Source: Fonticula alba ATCC 38817
Lineage: Eukaryota > Protista > Nucleariida
NCBI GenBank assembly: GCA_000388065.2
Contig: KB932201.1
Reading direction: 5' to 3' (one strand)
Length of the DNA: 35,590 bases
Position 1 is the first letter of the stretch. Each line of letters opens with the position of its first letter. Positions 10,679-22,313 of the stretch are shown in pieces. Position numbers and translations under genes: made by a program. Under the pieces are notes generated by a model that made no database searches, was not told the DNA's origin, and saw nothing but the letters and a program-made list of their open reading frames with translations.

Positions 10679-13022
10679 TCAGATGACGTTTGTGGCAACC
10701 GCAGCCGCGTCGATGGAGATGAACCCGAGGCGATCGGCGTAGTGGATGAGCTCGAAAATGACCTCGACAGTAATGAGCCAGATGATGGACCATTCCTGTG
10801 TGGAGGAAGGGGGAGGGACACAGCAAAGAGGCGAAAGAGCGGGCGCGAGAGGACCGGCCCGAGGAAAGGGTCGTCAGCGATGAGGGGAGACGGAGAGCGC
10901 AAGAGAGGAAGTGCGGAGCGGGGAGGCAGACATATATGCGAATGCACGCACCAAGCGGAAGCTGTGCTGCTCACTGAGGTGATCGCGCAGGACCTCCACC
11001 AGTTGGCTGGTGTAGTCGATCTTCTTGTTGAGGATGGCAATGCGGGGGTTGATGTCCAGGGCGCGCGAGGCCGAGACCAGCAGATCCTCGAGCTTCGGCT
11101 CGCTCCAATAGTAGTCATGCGTCTCCAGTATCTGCATTTGCGGTGCGAATGGTGTGAGAAATCAAGCGGAACAGACGCGGGCCATATATGGAGGAGACAG
11201 CGCCGGAAGAGGGCCACAAAAAGGACCGCGAAGGGGCAAGCGCATGGACGTACCCCGGAGTGGAGGTTCAAGCTGGCACGGAAGCCCAGCAGCTTGCCAG
11301 TGTGCTCGAGGATGTCCGACCGGGTGAGTGGAAGCTTCTTGCCGGAGCCCATGATCCTGCATGGCCACCAGCCGCCAGGCGAGGGGGACATTGCGACGAG
11401 GCAGATGCCGGGTGGGGAATAAACCAAGCAAGGTCAGCGTGTGGCGAGGGGAGCCTCTTGTCCGATCACGCGGCGGCGGGGAGGAGGAGGAGGAGGAAAA
11501 CCAAAGGCGAGAACGCACTTGGGCAGGTTGCGGTTCTGCTCGAGATAATCATCGAGCTGCTCCTCCAAGACGGCCAGCTTGGCCGATCGGGCCAGGGCGT
11601 TGGAGAAGGCCAGACGATCGCGAATCAGCTGGTTGGAGGACGCATGCGAGCTGATGATGAAGGTTTCGCCACAGATGGACGAGGGGCTGGGCGTGCGAGC
11701 GGAAGGAGGCCGGGAAGGTGGATGAGTCAAGCTGCCAGCTGAGCTCGCCAAGGCAAGACAAGAGAAGAGGCGGGAAATCCCCCCCCCCCCCCCCCCCCCG
11801 CCCCATGGGCGGAGGAGCAGGAAGGGGGAGGAAACGGGAGACGCACCACGAGGACTCCGACAGGACATAGAACATCTCCTCGGTTTCGGCCTCACTGACG
11901 ACGTAGGGCTCAATTTGGGCGATGCGCGCGGCGCTCAGGCACCGGGCTCGCTGCTCCGGGGTGGCATTCCACAGGACAATGGTGCCGTCGGCAAAGAAGT
12001 AGGCCCCGGCATCGAGATGGTGGCTGAAGTCCGGGTCGGAGAAGTCAATCCGGTTGGAGTGCATGCGTAGAGGCGAGTACGGCAGCGAGGAGGTCGAGTA
12101 ATCGAAGGTGCCCTCCGAAGTCCCGGCGCCATTCATCAGGGCCGAGGGGATGTGCGAGTCCGAGGACAGGCTGCAATAGAGGGCCATGTCCTCGAAGAGG
12201 CGCTTTTCCACGAAGAAGGTCGGGTCCAGCTCGACCAGCAGCTTGTTCAAGTCGTAGCGCTCGGCCGTGCAGAAGGCCAGACAGTGGCCGGACTAGCGAA
12301 AGGAACGGGCAGGTGAGTGACGATTCGACGGGAGCGGCGCCAAAGACGGGGGGGGGGAGGGGGGGAGCGAGCAACAGAGACCAGACATCCAGAAGGGGCG
12401 GGACAGGTGGGGGGGGGGGGGGGGCGGGCGGGCGGGCGGATCGACAAATACACATGTATCAGGCATGACGACGCACGGCGATCGCATTGCTGTGTGCCTC
12501 GGCCTCGGCCGCCGAGGAGAAGGAGCCATGCGACAGACTCTGGAAGCGGGTAATGTGCTGCGGGTAATTCCCCTCCCGGCCGGAAGACGGGTGAGAGGCG
12601 GCATTGTCGGGCCGAGCGGCGGCGGCAGCGGCAACCGCTGCCTCGGCAGCCAGGCGCCGGGGCTTTGACAGGCGCGACGGCTTGCGCGTCGGTCCAGTTG
12701 GGAAGCTGGTCGATTGCGAATGGTTGAGAGCCTGGTTCGGCCGGCTCGAGGTGGTCGGGGGATTGGTGAGCGCCGGCCGGGCGGCCAGCCCGGCGGCGAC
12801 AGACTCCGGCGCATTGCCGCCGGCCGTCGGGCCGGGCGACGCAGGCTCCGGGGTACGCTGGGGCTGCGACACGGCCGAGACGGCCGAGGTGCTCACCAGC
12901 CGATGGCCGAGGGCCGTGGTCGCAGGGGCTCCCAGGCGGGGGGCAATCGGCGTGGCCGGCGCCGAGGCGCGCAGGAGGACCGCGCCGGATTGGCGGGCAA
13001 CATGGCTCAGGCCTCGGAACAT
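10679..13022 (-). CDS. RMND1: RMND1-like (DUF155, Sif2/Rmd1 family) mitochondrial protein, about 519 aa. Exons (minus) 13022-12477, 12292-11847, 11686-11519, 11356-11254, 11131-10952, 10795-10679
   Basis: Arg/Ser/Ala-rich presequence-like start MFRGLSHVARQSGAVLLRAS; family motifs AFCTAERYDL, YFFADGTIVLWN, RLAFSNALARSAKLAVLEEQLD, GKLLGFRASLNLHS, HDYYWSEPKLE, LDINPRIAILNKKIDY..LRDHLSEQHSFRLEWSIIWLITVEVIFEL (C-terminal TM). Five frame-consistent introns, total 1560 nt. Confidence 0.9.
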
Positions 13023-13387
13023 GGCGACCGGGGGAGGGAAGGAGGGGGTAGTAGGGAGGGGGGAGGCGCAACACAAATGCGAGGCAGGGGAAAGGGGAGA
13101 GAGAGAGAGAGGAGGGGGCGGGGCTGGGCCTCTCTGGCGGGGATTGAGTGGGGCATCCTCCAGGCGGGAGAGGGAGGGCACAGGTGAGCCTAAAAAAGGG
13201 CGCCGATCTTCAGTCCCCCTGCCTGGTTGGAACCATCCAGCCCGTCATCCGNNNNNNNNNNNNNNNNNNNNNNNNNNNNNNNNNNNNNNNNNNNNNNNNN
13301 NNNNNNNNNNNNNNNNNNNNNNNNNNNNNNNNNNNNNNNNNNNNNNNNNNNNNNNNNNNNNNNNNNNNNNNNNNNNNNNNNNNNNNN

Positions 13388-13438
<51 letters not shown>
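13388..13438. repeat. (CA)n microsatellite truncated by an assembly gap
   Basis: About 25 CA units directly after N-gap 13252-13387. Confidence 0.95.
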
Positions 13439-13440
<2 letters not shown>

Positions 13441-14305
13441 CGCTCTCCGCCTCGCGCTCCTCGCGCCGCAAGGATGCCCAGCCGGACGGCGAGAAAAAAG
13501 GAGCCGCAAATGTGGGGAAACGTGCAGCCCAGGCCCGACACAATATTCCGCCTGGCAGTTCAACCGGCAAGTGGCAGAGGGGTGTACGCACGGCCGCATG
13601 TGAAAGCCGATCGCTGGGCCCCGACCGTCCGACGAAAGGACAAACCACCAGGCGCCAAGGGGGGGGAGGGGTGCCCGGCCGGGCGGGCCTCCCCGAGGGC
13701 AGATCCCCACACACGGAGTGTCAGTGATCGAAGCCCGCAAAAGGGACCGAGAGAAAGTGGGCAAAGGGCGCAGCCGCCAAGTGGCGCAGCTGATGGGGCT
13801 GACAGACTGGCTGGCTGGCTGGCCGGCCGGCGTATGTGATCCCTTTCCGCCCTCCAGCCGGCTGTCGCCCTCGTTCTCCCCCGTTTGTGTCGTTCCCGGT
13901 CCGGGCACGCGCGATCCGGATGCGGCCGCCGGCGGACCACCGGCTGGCTGAGAGCCGGGGGCGTTTCGCGGCGCAGCGGGCCCACGGGTCCTCGGGCGAG
14001 GGGGGGGGGGGGGGCGGGGGCCCGGGACCCGAGAGCGCACATGTGCTCGCTTGCCGGCTCTCTCCCTCCTCCCAGTCGTGGACCCCTCCGGAGAGATTGG
14101 GGGAGCGCGCGCGCGCGCGGCTGCGTCGCAGGTGACCACGACGTGATCCGGGTGTGTGTTGCCAACGGATGCCCCCATCGAAACGGGGTTCCTACCTTTC
14201 ACCCTGTTTTTTTGCCCCGACTCCCGCCCTGCCTTTTGAGGGGGGAACAAAGAGCGCGGCAAAAAGGGAGGATTAAAATAATGCACAAGAAAGGGAGGGC
14301 TATTT

Positions 14306-14311
14306 TTTATT
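14306..14311 (-). terminator. Poly(A) signal AATAAA for SF3A1
   Basis: TTTATT on the + strand about 125 nt past the SF3A1 stop, within an AT-rich patch. Confidence 0.5.
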
Positions 14312-14435
14312 GTGCCGAGACGGGGCGGGGGGGGGGGGGGGGGGAGGACCAGGGAGTGTGGGGGCCCGGGGCGGGTTTTTTTTCCCCCTTCCTCCCCTCC
14401 CGTCCTCGGGACTTTCGACCGGGTTCCTGCTCGCA

Positions 14436-17189
14436 TCACTCGGTCCGGGGGCGCTTGGCGTCCGGGGCACCGTCGACCGACTCGTCGGGAACATCGGTGA
14501 CCTCGGCCACCGCGGCACTGGCCACCGCAGGGGTGGCAGCGGGGGCAGGCACAGTGGTGGGGATCTTGGGCCCGGCTTGGCGTGCCCGGAGCTCCTCCTC
14601 GGCCCGCTGGCGAAGCTCGGCCTCGCGGCGCAGGCGCTCCGGGTTGAGGGCCTCCGCGCGGGACTGCTCACGCAGGGCGGCAATCGACCGGCTGTGGCCG
14701 TCCCAGGCACGCTCCTTGGCCAGCAGCCGGCGCTGCTGCTCCTCCGGGTCCTCCTCCGCGCGCTGGGCCGCTTCGGAGCCGAAAATGTCCGACCGCTGGC
14801 GAGCCAGCTGCTGCAGGCTGGCGGAAATCTGCGACGGGTCCTGGACAAGGTTGGACGCATGGCGCGTCTGCTTGGCCTCGGCCGCGGCACGCTGCTCCCG
14901 CCAGCGGGGATCCACCAGCTCCACACGCAGCTGGTCGTTGGCCGTCTCCGGGGCGATGGTCTCGCCGCGGAAGGTGAACTGTGGCCCATGCTCTCGGCGA
15001 AGGCCGCCCTGCGCGGCCAGCGGCACATAATCCCGGCGAATGGTCACCTCCTCGGCGGGCTGGCTGGAAGTGGCAGCCGCGGCCACCGCCTCGGCCGGGA
15101 CCGAGCCGGCCGCGGGGTCCTGCTCGGTGGACGAGCGCTCGGCCGAGGCCAGGGCCTCCAGCTGCGTGGCCTTCAGCGAGGCCAGACGAGCCAGCAGGCT
15201 GTCGCGCGTCAGCGGCTCCGACAGATGGGCCACCGCGTCGCTCGGGGACAGGTCAATCGTGCCGGCCACCTCGAAGTCATTCCAGTCGATGGCCATGAAG
15301 GCCCGGCGCTCTTCGTCGGCCTGGGCCTGCTCGGCGGCCGTCCGCTCGGCCATGTACGTCCGCCAGGCCAGGCGGGCATGGGCCTGCTCGACCACCGACC
15401 GCAGGGGGTCCTCGGAGATGGCTCGCAGCCGGTCGAGCAGCTGCGTCCGGGGGTTGATGATCAGGCTGTAGTCCTGCACCAGGCACGAGAAGAAGGGGAA
15501 AAGCGAGTGGCGGTTGCGCAGGAAGTCAAACTGCCCGTTGTCACTCTCACGCTGCTGGAGCTGCAGCAGGAAGGACCGCCCATTCCGGGCCACAAACTGT
15601 GCCGTAAGCTTGATGATATCGCTGTGTGGATGGGGGGCGGGGGGGAGACGGAGGGCGGAGGGCGGCCGAGGCAGAAGGTCAGGACCGAGGGAAGAGGGGA
15701 GAGGCATTGCAAGCGAGGGAGAGGGTGGCGACGCACAGGTCGAGAGCCGTGATGTGCGGCGTATCAAGGAGGAATTCCAGGTCCGGCGGCTGGGGAGGCG
15801 GCGCGTCGGACTTGACCTCGGGCTTGTCGGCGGCGGCATCCTGCGATAGGAGAGCACCCAGGAGGGGAGGGAGAGAGAGAGAGAGAGAGGAAATGCGAGT
15901 GTCAGAGTTTTGGTAGGTTCAGCAAAGGCGGAACAGGGGGGGGNNNNNNNNNNNNNNNNNNNNNNNNNNNNNNNNNNNNNNNNNNNNNNNNNNNNNNNNN
16001 NNNNNNNNNNNNNNNNNNNNNNNNNNNNNNNNNNNNNNNNNNNNNNNNNNNNNNNNNNNNNNNNNNNNNNNNNNNNNNNNNNNNNNNNNNNNNNNNNNNN
16101 NNNNNNNNNNNNNNNNNNNNNNNNNNNNNNNNNNNNNNNNNNNNNNNNNNNNNNNNNNNNNNNNNNNNNNNNNNNNNNNNNNNNNNNNNNNNNNNNNNNN
16201 NNNNNNNNNNNNNNNNNNNNNNNNNNNNNNNNNNNNNNNNNNNNNNNNNNNNNNNNNNNNNNNNNNNNNNNNNNNNNNNNNNNNNNNNNNNNNNNNNNNN
16301 NNNNNNNNNNNNNNNNNNNNNNNNNNNNNNNNNNNNNNNNNNNNNNNNNNNNNNNNNNNNNNNNNNNNNNNNNNNNNNNNNNNNNNNNNNNNNNNNNNNN
16401 NNNNNNNNNNNNNNNNNNNNNNNNNNNNNNNNNNNNNNNNNNNNNNNNNNNNNNNNNNNNNNNNNNNNNNNNNNNNNNNNNNNNNNNNNNNNNNNNNNNN
16501 NNNNNNNNNNNNNNNNNNGGGGGGGGAGACGTACCCCGGCGGTCGGGGCAACCGTAGCATCGGACCGAGGCCCCGTGTCGCCGCGGGCTGGACAGAGAAA
16601 CGAAGCAGGAGCCCAGCAGCCGTCCGCATGATGGTTAGTCGGAGGGATGTGTGAAGGAGGGGCGGAGGGGGGGGGGGCCGGGGGGGGGGGGGAACGCACC
16701 AATCCGCTCCCGCTCGGTGGCCAGCCACCACTGGTAATACTTGTGGTAGGGATCGGTGGGCTCGAAGAAGGAGAACTTGTTGGACATCTGGTCGCGAGAC
16801 TTGGCGCGAATCGTGTCGGCAAAGCTCTCACCGCGGTCAATGATGAACTTGACCGAAGTCTGGATGACAACTACGATGGTGGTGGGGAGGGAGGGGCAGG
16901 GGTCAGTCAACAGGGAAGAGCAGCAGACACAAGGGGAGACGGGGGAGGGGGCATCGGACGAACATCGAATCTCCTGGGGTGGAATAATGACGCCCTCCGG
17001 GACATTCGGCAGGGAGGTCCCCTCAGGTCCGGAGGGAGCGGCCCCGGGCGGGGGCGGCTGCGCCGGGCCACCGCCCGACGGCGGAGGAGGCGGCTGTGTC
17101 GCGGCCGCCACCGAGGACGGCGGGGGCGGCGGCTGAGCCATGGCGCTCGAAGGCGGCGGGGGGGGCTGACCAGCAGTGGCGGCCGACAT
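14436..17189 (-). CDS. SF3A1: Splicing factor 3A subunit 1 (SF3A1/Prp21), at least 579 aa, no C-terminal UBL. Exons (minus) 17189-16964, 16870-16700, 16587-16535, 15840-15737, 15621-14436; gap 15944-16518 may hide an in-phase exon
   Basis: SURP1 IIPPQEIR|FVIQTSVKFIIDRG..KFSFFEPTDPYHKYY; SURP2 ITALDL|DIIKLTAQFVARNGRSFLLQLQQRE..QFDFLRNRHSLFPFF; Prp21-like segment AFMAIDWNDFEVAGTIDL; also ASNLVQDPSQISASLQQLARQRSDIFG and WDGHS. Frames join across all introns. Confidence 0.93.
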
Positions 17190-17910
17190 GATGGGGATAA
17201 GACAGGGAAGGGAGGGGGGGGGGGGGGGGGAGGGGAGAGGGGCCGTTGCCCAGGCATCCCTCGGATGTCTGGGTAACAACTCCCTGTTCAAGGGGCGAGC
17301 CGGCTTGCCCCCCTTCCCCCCCTGTACAGTCGTACCAGCCCGGCCGCCGCGTAGGGACACCGGGCTGGAGGCAGCCTCCGCGCGCATGCAGGTCCAGACT
17401 ACCAACGGATGGTCTATTCTTCGTGGATTCTGTCATTCCAGTTTAGCGTTCTGCTCGAGGCCTCGGCGTTGAGCGATCTAAGAATCCGGTTTTTCTCCGA
17501 GCTCAGTGCTACCACGGGTAGCCCCGGCCACGGGGAGGGCGGATTCGCCGTTGGCCCGTTCGGCCGATCGATCGCCCGCGCCCCCCGGCCATCGCCACAC
17601 CAACGGGAAGCCCCCTTTTACCCTCCCCGCACCGACATGGGAGGGGGGGGGGGGGGGGGGGCAGTCGGTGACGGCGGCCTTCGAGGTCCACTGTGCGGGT
17701 CGGCCTGAAAGGTGCCCTGGTGCCGGCAGGCCGGGCTCCGGGATGGGCCACACGCCGATCCTGGTCGGTCTCCCTGTGCCCGCCCCATCCACTGCGCCGA
17801 TCCGCCTCCTCCTTCCTCTCCCTTTGCCCTACCCTCCGTGCTCTTTCACCGTTTCTCTCCCTCTCGCTCGCTCGCTCGCTCTCCCTCTCCCTCTCTCGCT
17901 CTCTCTGCTC
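17190..17910. promoter_or_regulatory. Probable bidirectional promoter between SF3A1 and the LisH gene (721 bp)
   Basis: Divergent start codons at 17189 (-) and 17911 (+). Confidence 0.45.
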
Positions 17911-20115
17911 ATGGCCCCGGCGTACCTTCGCCCGCCCGCCGGCGGCCCGGCCCATGGCCCCCCTGAGGGGCCGCGCGCGATGGCACGCTGTTCGCCATCC
18001 GCGCGGCTGGACTCCGCTCGATTTGCCCCCTTGCGAGAGGACCTGCTGCAGCTCGTTGGGCAGTTCCTCCGCCGGCAGGGTTTCCTCCGGGCCCTGGGCG
18101 CGCTGCGTCTCGAATCCGGAGTGCAGTTCCCCCCGGTCGGGCATTTCAGCCCTCGCTTCCAGGAAGCCTGCCGGTCTTTTCGCCTGGTACACTGCCCCAG
18201 CTGTGCGCACTCCTGCCCGGTGGCCGCGGCAGCGGGACCAGGCCCGGCGGTCGCCATCTCCGCCGCCAGTGCGCCAGCGGCCCCTCCTGGGCATCCAGCA
18301 GTCTCGGCCGCGGCCGCGGCGGCGGCTGCTGCTGCTTCTGGGGGGCACTTCTGCCAGCCGGTGCCCGGGTCCCCGGCGGATGGCCTGGCCTCGGCCGCCC
18401 TCGAGTGCTTGGTAACCGACTGGCTGGCCGGGCGCCTGGCCGACTCGGCCGACTGGATGGAGCCCGGGGCATGTGCGCACTGCCCGGTGCCGGCGCGCAC
18501 GGCCACCACGGGCACCGCTGCCGGTTCCGGCATCGGTGTTGCTGCTAGTGCCGCTGGCGCGGCCGCCAGTGCCACCACCACCACCACCACCACCGCCCTT
18601 GCGAGTGCTGGCCATGCCCCGCCGTCGGACGACTTGCTCCACTTGCATGACCAGCAGCATCACCATTACCACTCGCAGCATGCCTTCGCGCTGGCACCCC
18701 CACCGCCGGCGGACCAGCATTTCGTCTCGCGCCCGGTGCACAGCGCGCCGGCGAGCTTCTTCCATTCGTCCGACCCGGTCGCCGGGTATGCGCCGCACGC
18801 GGCCTTGGGGCCGATCTCGGACCCCGCGCCGGGGCTGGTGTCCCGGCCACAGCCGCTGCTGCCGCCGGTGTCACTGGCATCGCACCACCAACAGCTGCAC
18901 CCCCAGCCGGCCGCATATCGCCTTCTGCTGAATGGCCCGAATTCCCATGCCCTCTCGGAGGCACATGGGTTTACGTCATCCGTCGGGTCGCCGGGGTCTG
19001 GGCCACTTTTTTTGGCCCCCGCCGATCCCGGCGACGAGGATCATCCGCAGGACAACGACTCCGACTGGGGCTATGTCGCGCCGGCACCCTCGGCCCGATC
19101 GCGAGGCGCCGGCCCCTTCGAGACACACCCGTCGGCGCCGGTCTTCCTTCATCCCGCCGAGGGCCAAGGGCCTGGGGAAATGGCGCCCCGCCACCAGCGC
19201 CCGCTGCCAGTGCCCCTGCCTCCGATTGCGGGGCCGCCCTCCGGTCCCGGAAGTGCGGCTCCCCCCGAGACACGCACCCCGGAGACGGCCGGGCCGCCGG
19301 CCGAGCCGCCCCCCCGGCCGCAATCCTGGCCCGGTGCGCAAGCCGGCGACGGACATGACACCGCCGCCCCGTGGACCGCCGGCCCGAATGCCACAGGTGC
19401 CTGGTATGCCGAGGAGCCGGTGTCGCCTTCGCCCGCGCCGAAGCGCCACCGCCCCGCGTCCCGGGCGAACCAGCCTGCTCCATTGCCAACGCCGCCGCCG
19501 GTCTCCTCGCAGCCCGCGCCGTCGGCCCCTCCGGCTCGCCAAGGGTCCTCCTCGCTGATGTCGCCGCACCTGTCTCACCTGTCGGGCGACTCGCCGGAAA
19601 GCACCTCCCCGGCATCGAGCTTCTCCCCGGTGTATGTCCCACTGCCTGTGGGTTTGTCGGGCCCGCGACCGGGGGCCGCCCAGCGCGCCGGGGCCCCGGA
19701 GCCCGATCCGACCCCGCGCCAGCCGCAGCAGCCGCAGCAGCCGCAGCAGCCGCAGCAGCCGCAGCAGCCGGCCCCCCGGCGGGCCGCCACCCCGCCGGCC
19801 CCCGCCGGCCCGCCCTCGGCGCCCGTGCCGCCACCATCCGCATCGCCGGCGCCCGGGCCCTCACCGGCAGCTGCTTTACCGGCGACCACGACTCAGCCCA
19901 AGCGCCGGCGAACCCCATCCCCGCCGATCGCCGCTCGAAGATCCCGGCCCAGCTCTCGCGGGTCCTCCCAGCCCCGGCCAGGCGGCTCCAAATCGGCGGC
20001 CGGCCTCACGCGCGACAGCATCTCGGCCCTCTTGCAGGCACTCGACTCGAATGACCTGCTGGACAATCTGCTGGATCAGGTTCACGCCGCCGAGGGCACC
20101 CCTGGCCGAGATTGA
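17911..20115 (+). CDS. Intronless LisH-motif protein, about 734 aa, mostly disordered (Pro/Ala/Ser/His-rich); candidate NPAT/Mxc-like nuclear scaffold
   Basis: Single long ORF; ATG 17911 follows a CT-rich UTR-like tract (alternative in-frame ATGs at 17743 and 17980). LisH-like EDLLQLVGQFLRRQGFLRALGALRLESGV at about 18037-18123; basic NLS-like PKRHR and PKRRR; helical C-terminus SISALLQALDSNDLLDNLLDQVH. Function is inferred only. Confidence 0.72.
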   Translation: MAPAYLRPPAGGPAHGPPEGPRAMARCSPSARLDSARFAPLREDLLQLVGQFLRRQGFLRALGALRLESGVQFPPVGHFSPRFQEACRSFRLVHCPSCAHSCPVAAAAGPGPAVAISAASAPAAPPGHPAVSAAAAAAAAAASGGHFCQPVPGSPADGLASAALECLVTDWLAGRLADSADWMEPGACAHCPVPARTATTGTAAGSGIGVAASAAGAAASATTTTTTTALASAGHAPPSDDLLHLHDQQHHHYHSQHAFALAPPPPADQHFVSRPVHSAPASFFHSSDPVAGYAPHAALGPISDPAPGLVSRPQPLLPPVSLASHHQQLHPQPAAYRLLLNGPNSHALSEAHGFTSSVGSPGSGPLFLAPADPGDEDHPQDNDSDWGYVAPAPSARSRGAGPFETHPSAPVFLHPAEGQGPGEMAPRHQRPLPVPLPPIAGPPSGPGSAAPPETRTPETAGPPAEPPPRPQSWPGAQAGDGHDTAAPWTAGPNATGAWYAEEPVSPSPAPKRHRPASRANQPAPLPTPPPVSSQPAPSAPPARQGSSSLMSPHLSHLSGDSPESTSPASSFSPVYVPLPVGLSGPRPGAAQRAGAPEPDPTPRQPQQPQQPQQPQQPQQPAPRRAATPPAPAGPPSAPVPPPSASPAPGPSPAAALPATTTQPKRRRTPSPPIAARRSRPSSRGSSQPRPGGSKSAAGLTRDSISALLQALDSNDLLDNLLDQVHAAEGTPGRD
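19723..19770 (+). repeat. Coding 9-mer tandem (CCGCAGCAG)x5 = (PQQ)5 in the LisH protein
   Basis: Five exact copies plus CCG. Confidence 0.9.
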
Positions 20116-20774
20116 TCGGCCTCGCTGGCATAAAGAAAACCTCCCCTGCCCATGCTTCGTGTCCGTTTCCTCCCCGAGGGCAGCCCCGCAGGAGATGGTC
20201 TTGGACCCAGCGAGACACCTGTGGACTAGGAACTACTGCCAACGCATGCGCTTTCGGTTACTTTTCAAAGCACTCCCTCCGCTTGGGGTCCGGCGGGCGG
20301 TGGGGGGCGGCGGCGGCAGGGGGGNNNNNNNNNNNNNNNNNNNNNNNNNNNNNNNNNNNNNNNNNNNNNNNNNNNNNNNNNNNNNNNNNNNNNNNNNNNN
20401 NNNNNNNNNNNNNNGGGGGAGGCCACAGCCGGGGTGTGTCTTTCACGCGGGCTTGCTCTCCCGCGGCATCTGTCGCCGCGCCCATGCCAGTCTCCTCCGC
20501 GAGCATTGCCAGCCTGGCAGGAAGTGACCGAGCGCGCGGGACAGCGAGCGGCCGGCGGGCCTGATGGGCTAGCGGCCAGCCGGTGACACGCCGGCCCGGC
20601 GGTCACATGCACCCCTGCCTCCTTCCTCCCTTTCTCTTTCCCTCTCTCCCCTCCTGCCTTTCCCCCCCCCCCCTCCACTCCCCTCCCCTCCCCTCCCCTC
20701 CCCTCGTCCCTCGATCATATCCGTGCTTCTGCTCTCCACCGGTTGCTTGCCATCGCTGTCGCTCCTCACCGAGG

Positions 20775-22089
20775 ATGAACGAAAGTCGCCACTCCTTGCT
20801 CAGCTGGGCCAACGAGCTCCTTGCCATGAACATCACCAAGATCGAGGAGTTTGGCACCGGGGCCCTGTATTGCCATATTGTTGACTCGGTTTACAGTGCG
20901 TGTCCCCCGTAGGGCAGGGGAAGGGAGCTGCATGTGTGCATCCGTACATGTGTCAACATGCCTGGCTTCTGCATTGACCTGCTGGCCGCCTTCTGACGCA
21001 ATTGCCCCCCCAGACGATGTTCCTCTCAACCGAGTCAAGTTCAACGCTCGCCAGGAATTCGAGTATGTCAACAACTTCAAGATCCTGCAGGATGCCTTTA
21101 CTCGGCACTCCATCAAGCGTGTGCGTTGTGGTGTTCCCCCCCCCCCCCCCCCACCGCCCCGCCCCCCGGTGGCTGCTTTTCCCCCCGGCCCCCTGCCTTT
21201 CACTCTCCGCCTCTGTCTTTGGCTCTGGGCTGGGCTAGGCTAGGCTGGGCTGCCCCTCTCTCCTCCGTCTGGCTGACATGTGGCATTGCAGAAAATCCCC
21301 GTCGACCAGCTGATCAAGTGCCGGATGCTGGATAACCTGGAGTTTGTCCAGTGGATGAAGCGCTGGTGGGAAACCGTCTACCCGGGGGATTACAAGCCAC
21401 TGGAGCGCCGCCAGCAGACCGGGGCCGTGGCTGATGGGCCGGCTGCCGGGGCGGGCGCCGCCACCGCGGGGCCTGCTCGGCGTCCGGTGGCTGTGGCCAG
21501 TCGACCGGTCCCAGCGCGCGCGACCACCCCGGCACCGGCTGGTCCGGGTGCTGCTGGCTCGGTTGCCGGGGCAGGTGTCGGCACGCGCCCGGCGGCAGCC
21601 TCGTCTCGGTCGGCTCCGGTCTCCGGGCGATCTACCTCGACCAGCCTGTCACCAACCCTGTCGGCCTCGGATGGCCAGTCGGCGCCTGCGGCCGGCTCTG
21701 CCGGTGCCGGCCAGCCCTCGGATGCAGCCCTGTCCCTCCTGTCGCGCTACCAGGAGCAGGTCCAGTCTTTGAGCGAGTCCATCGCCGAGCGGGATCTCAT
21801 CATTTCCGGCCTCAAGAGCGATGTGGACTTCTACTTCAGCAAGTTGCGTGAAGTGGAGATCGTCGTTCAGCGGACGGTCCTCCAGCTGCAGGGGGCCGGT
21901 GATGGGACGGCCACCGACCCGGCTCCGAGTGTGGAGCAACTGCTCGCCGCCATCCAGAGCGTCATGTATCGCGTGGCCGATGGGTATGAGATTCCGGCCG
22001 GAGCGCCGCCGGTCGGGGCTCCGACCACTGCCCCGAGTGCTGGCGCCCCGACCGCAAGCATGCAACTTGACGAGCCGGAGGAATTCTAG
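20775..22089 (+). CDS. EB1: Microtubule plus-end tracking protein EB1 (MAPRE/Bim1). Exons 20775-20895, 21014-21120, 21292-22089
   Basis: CH domain SRHSLLSWANELL..ITKIEEFGTGALYCHIVD..VPLNRVKFNARQEFEYVNNFKILQDAF..IPVDQLIKCRMLDNLEFVQWMK; EBH domain DFYFSKLREVE..IQSVMY; terminal EEF (EEY/F CAP-Gly-binding tail). Both donors GTGCGT. Confidence 0.95.
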
Positions 22090-22270
22090 AGATCGACCAG
22101 CCACCTTTCCTTTGTCGCTCGCACACAGGTGGACAGGACAACCATCGCACTGATACACATGCCCCCGCCAGGGCGCCCTCGCTCATTTCACCTTCCTCCC
22201 CTCCCCACCCTTTGAATATACGGCAAATTGCTACCCGGGGAAAAAGAGGCATGGCGATCGGTTACATGTC

Positions 22271-22272
<2 letters not shown>

Positions 22273-22310
<38 letters not shown>
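22273..22310. repeat. (TG)19 microsatellite between convergent EB1 and ARP4
   Basis: Perfect TG run. Confidence 0.95.

Positions 22311-22313
<3 letters not shown>

Noticed and set aside
9715-13972. ACGCGT (MCB) and TTTCGCG (E2F-like) words at about 9715, 9957, 10245 and 13963
   Set aside because: Expected by chance at this GC content and not located in the promoters of the cell-cycle-type genes.
13832-13976. Plus-strand GTATGT with a downstream CAG in the RMND1/SF3A1 interval
   Set aside because: No convincing branch point or coding exon; insufficient support for a gene.
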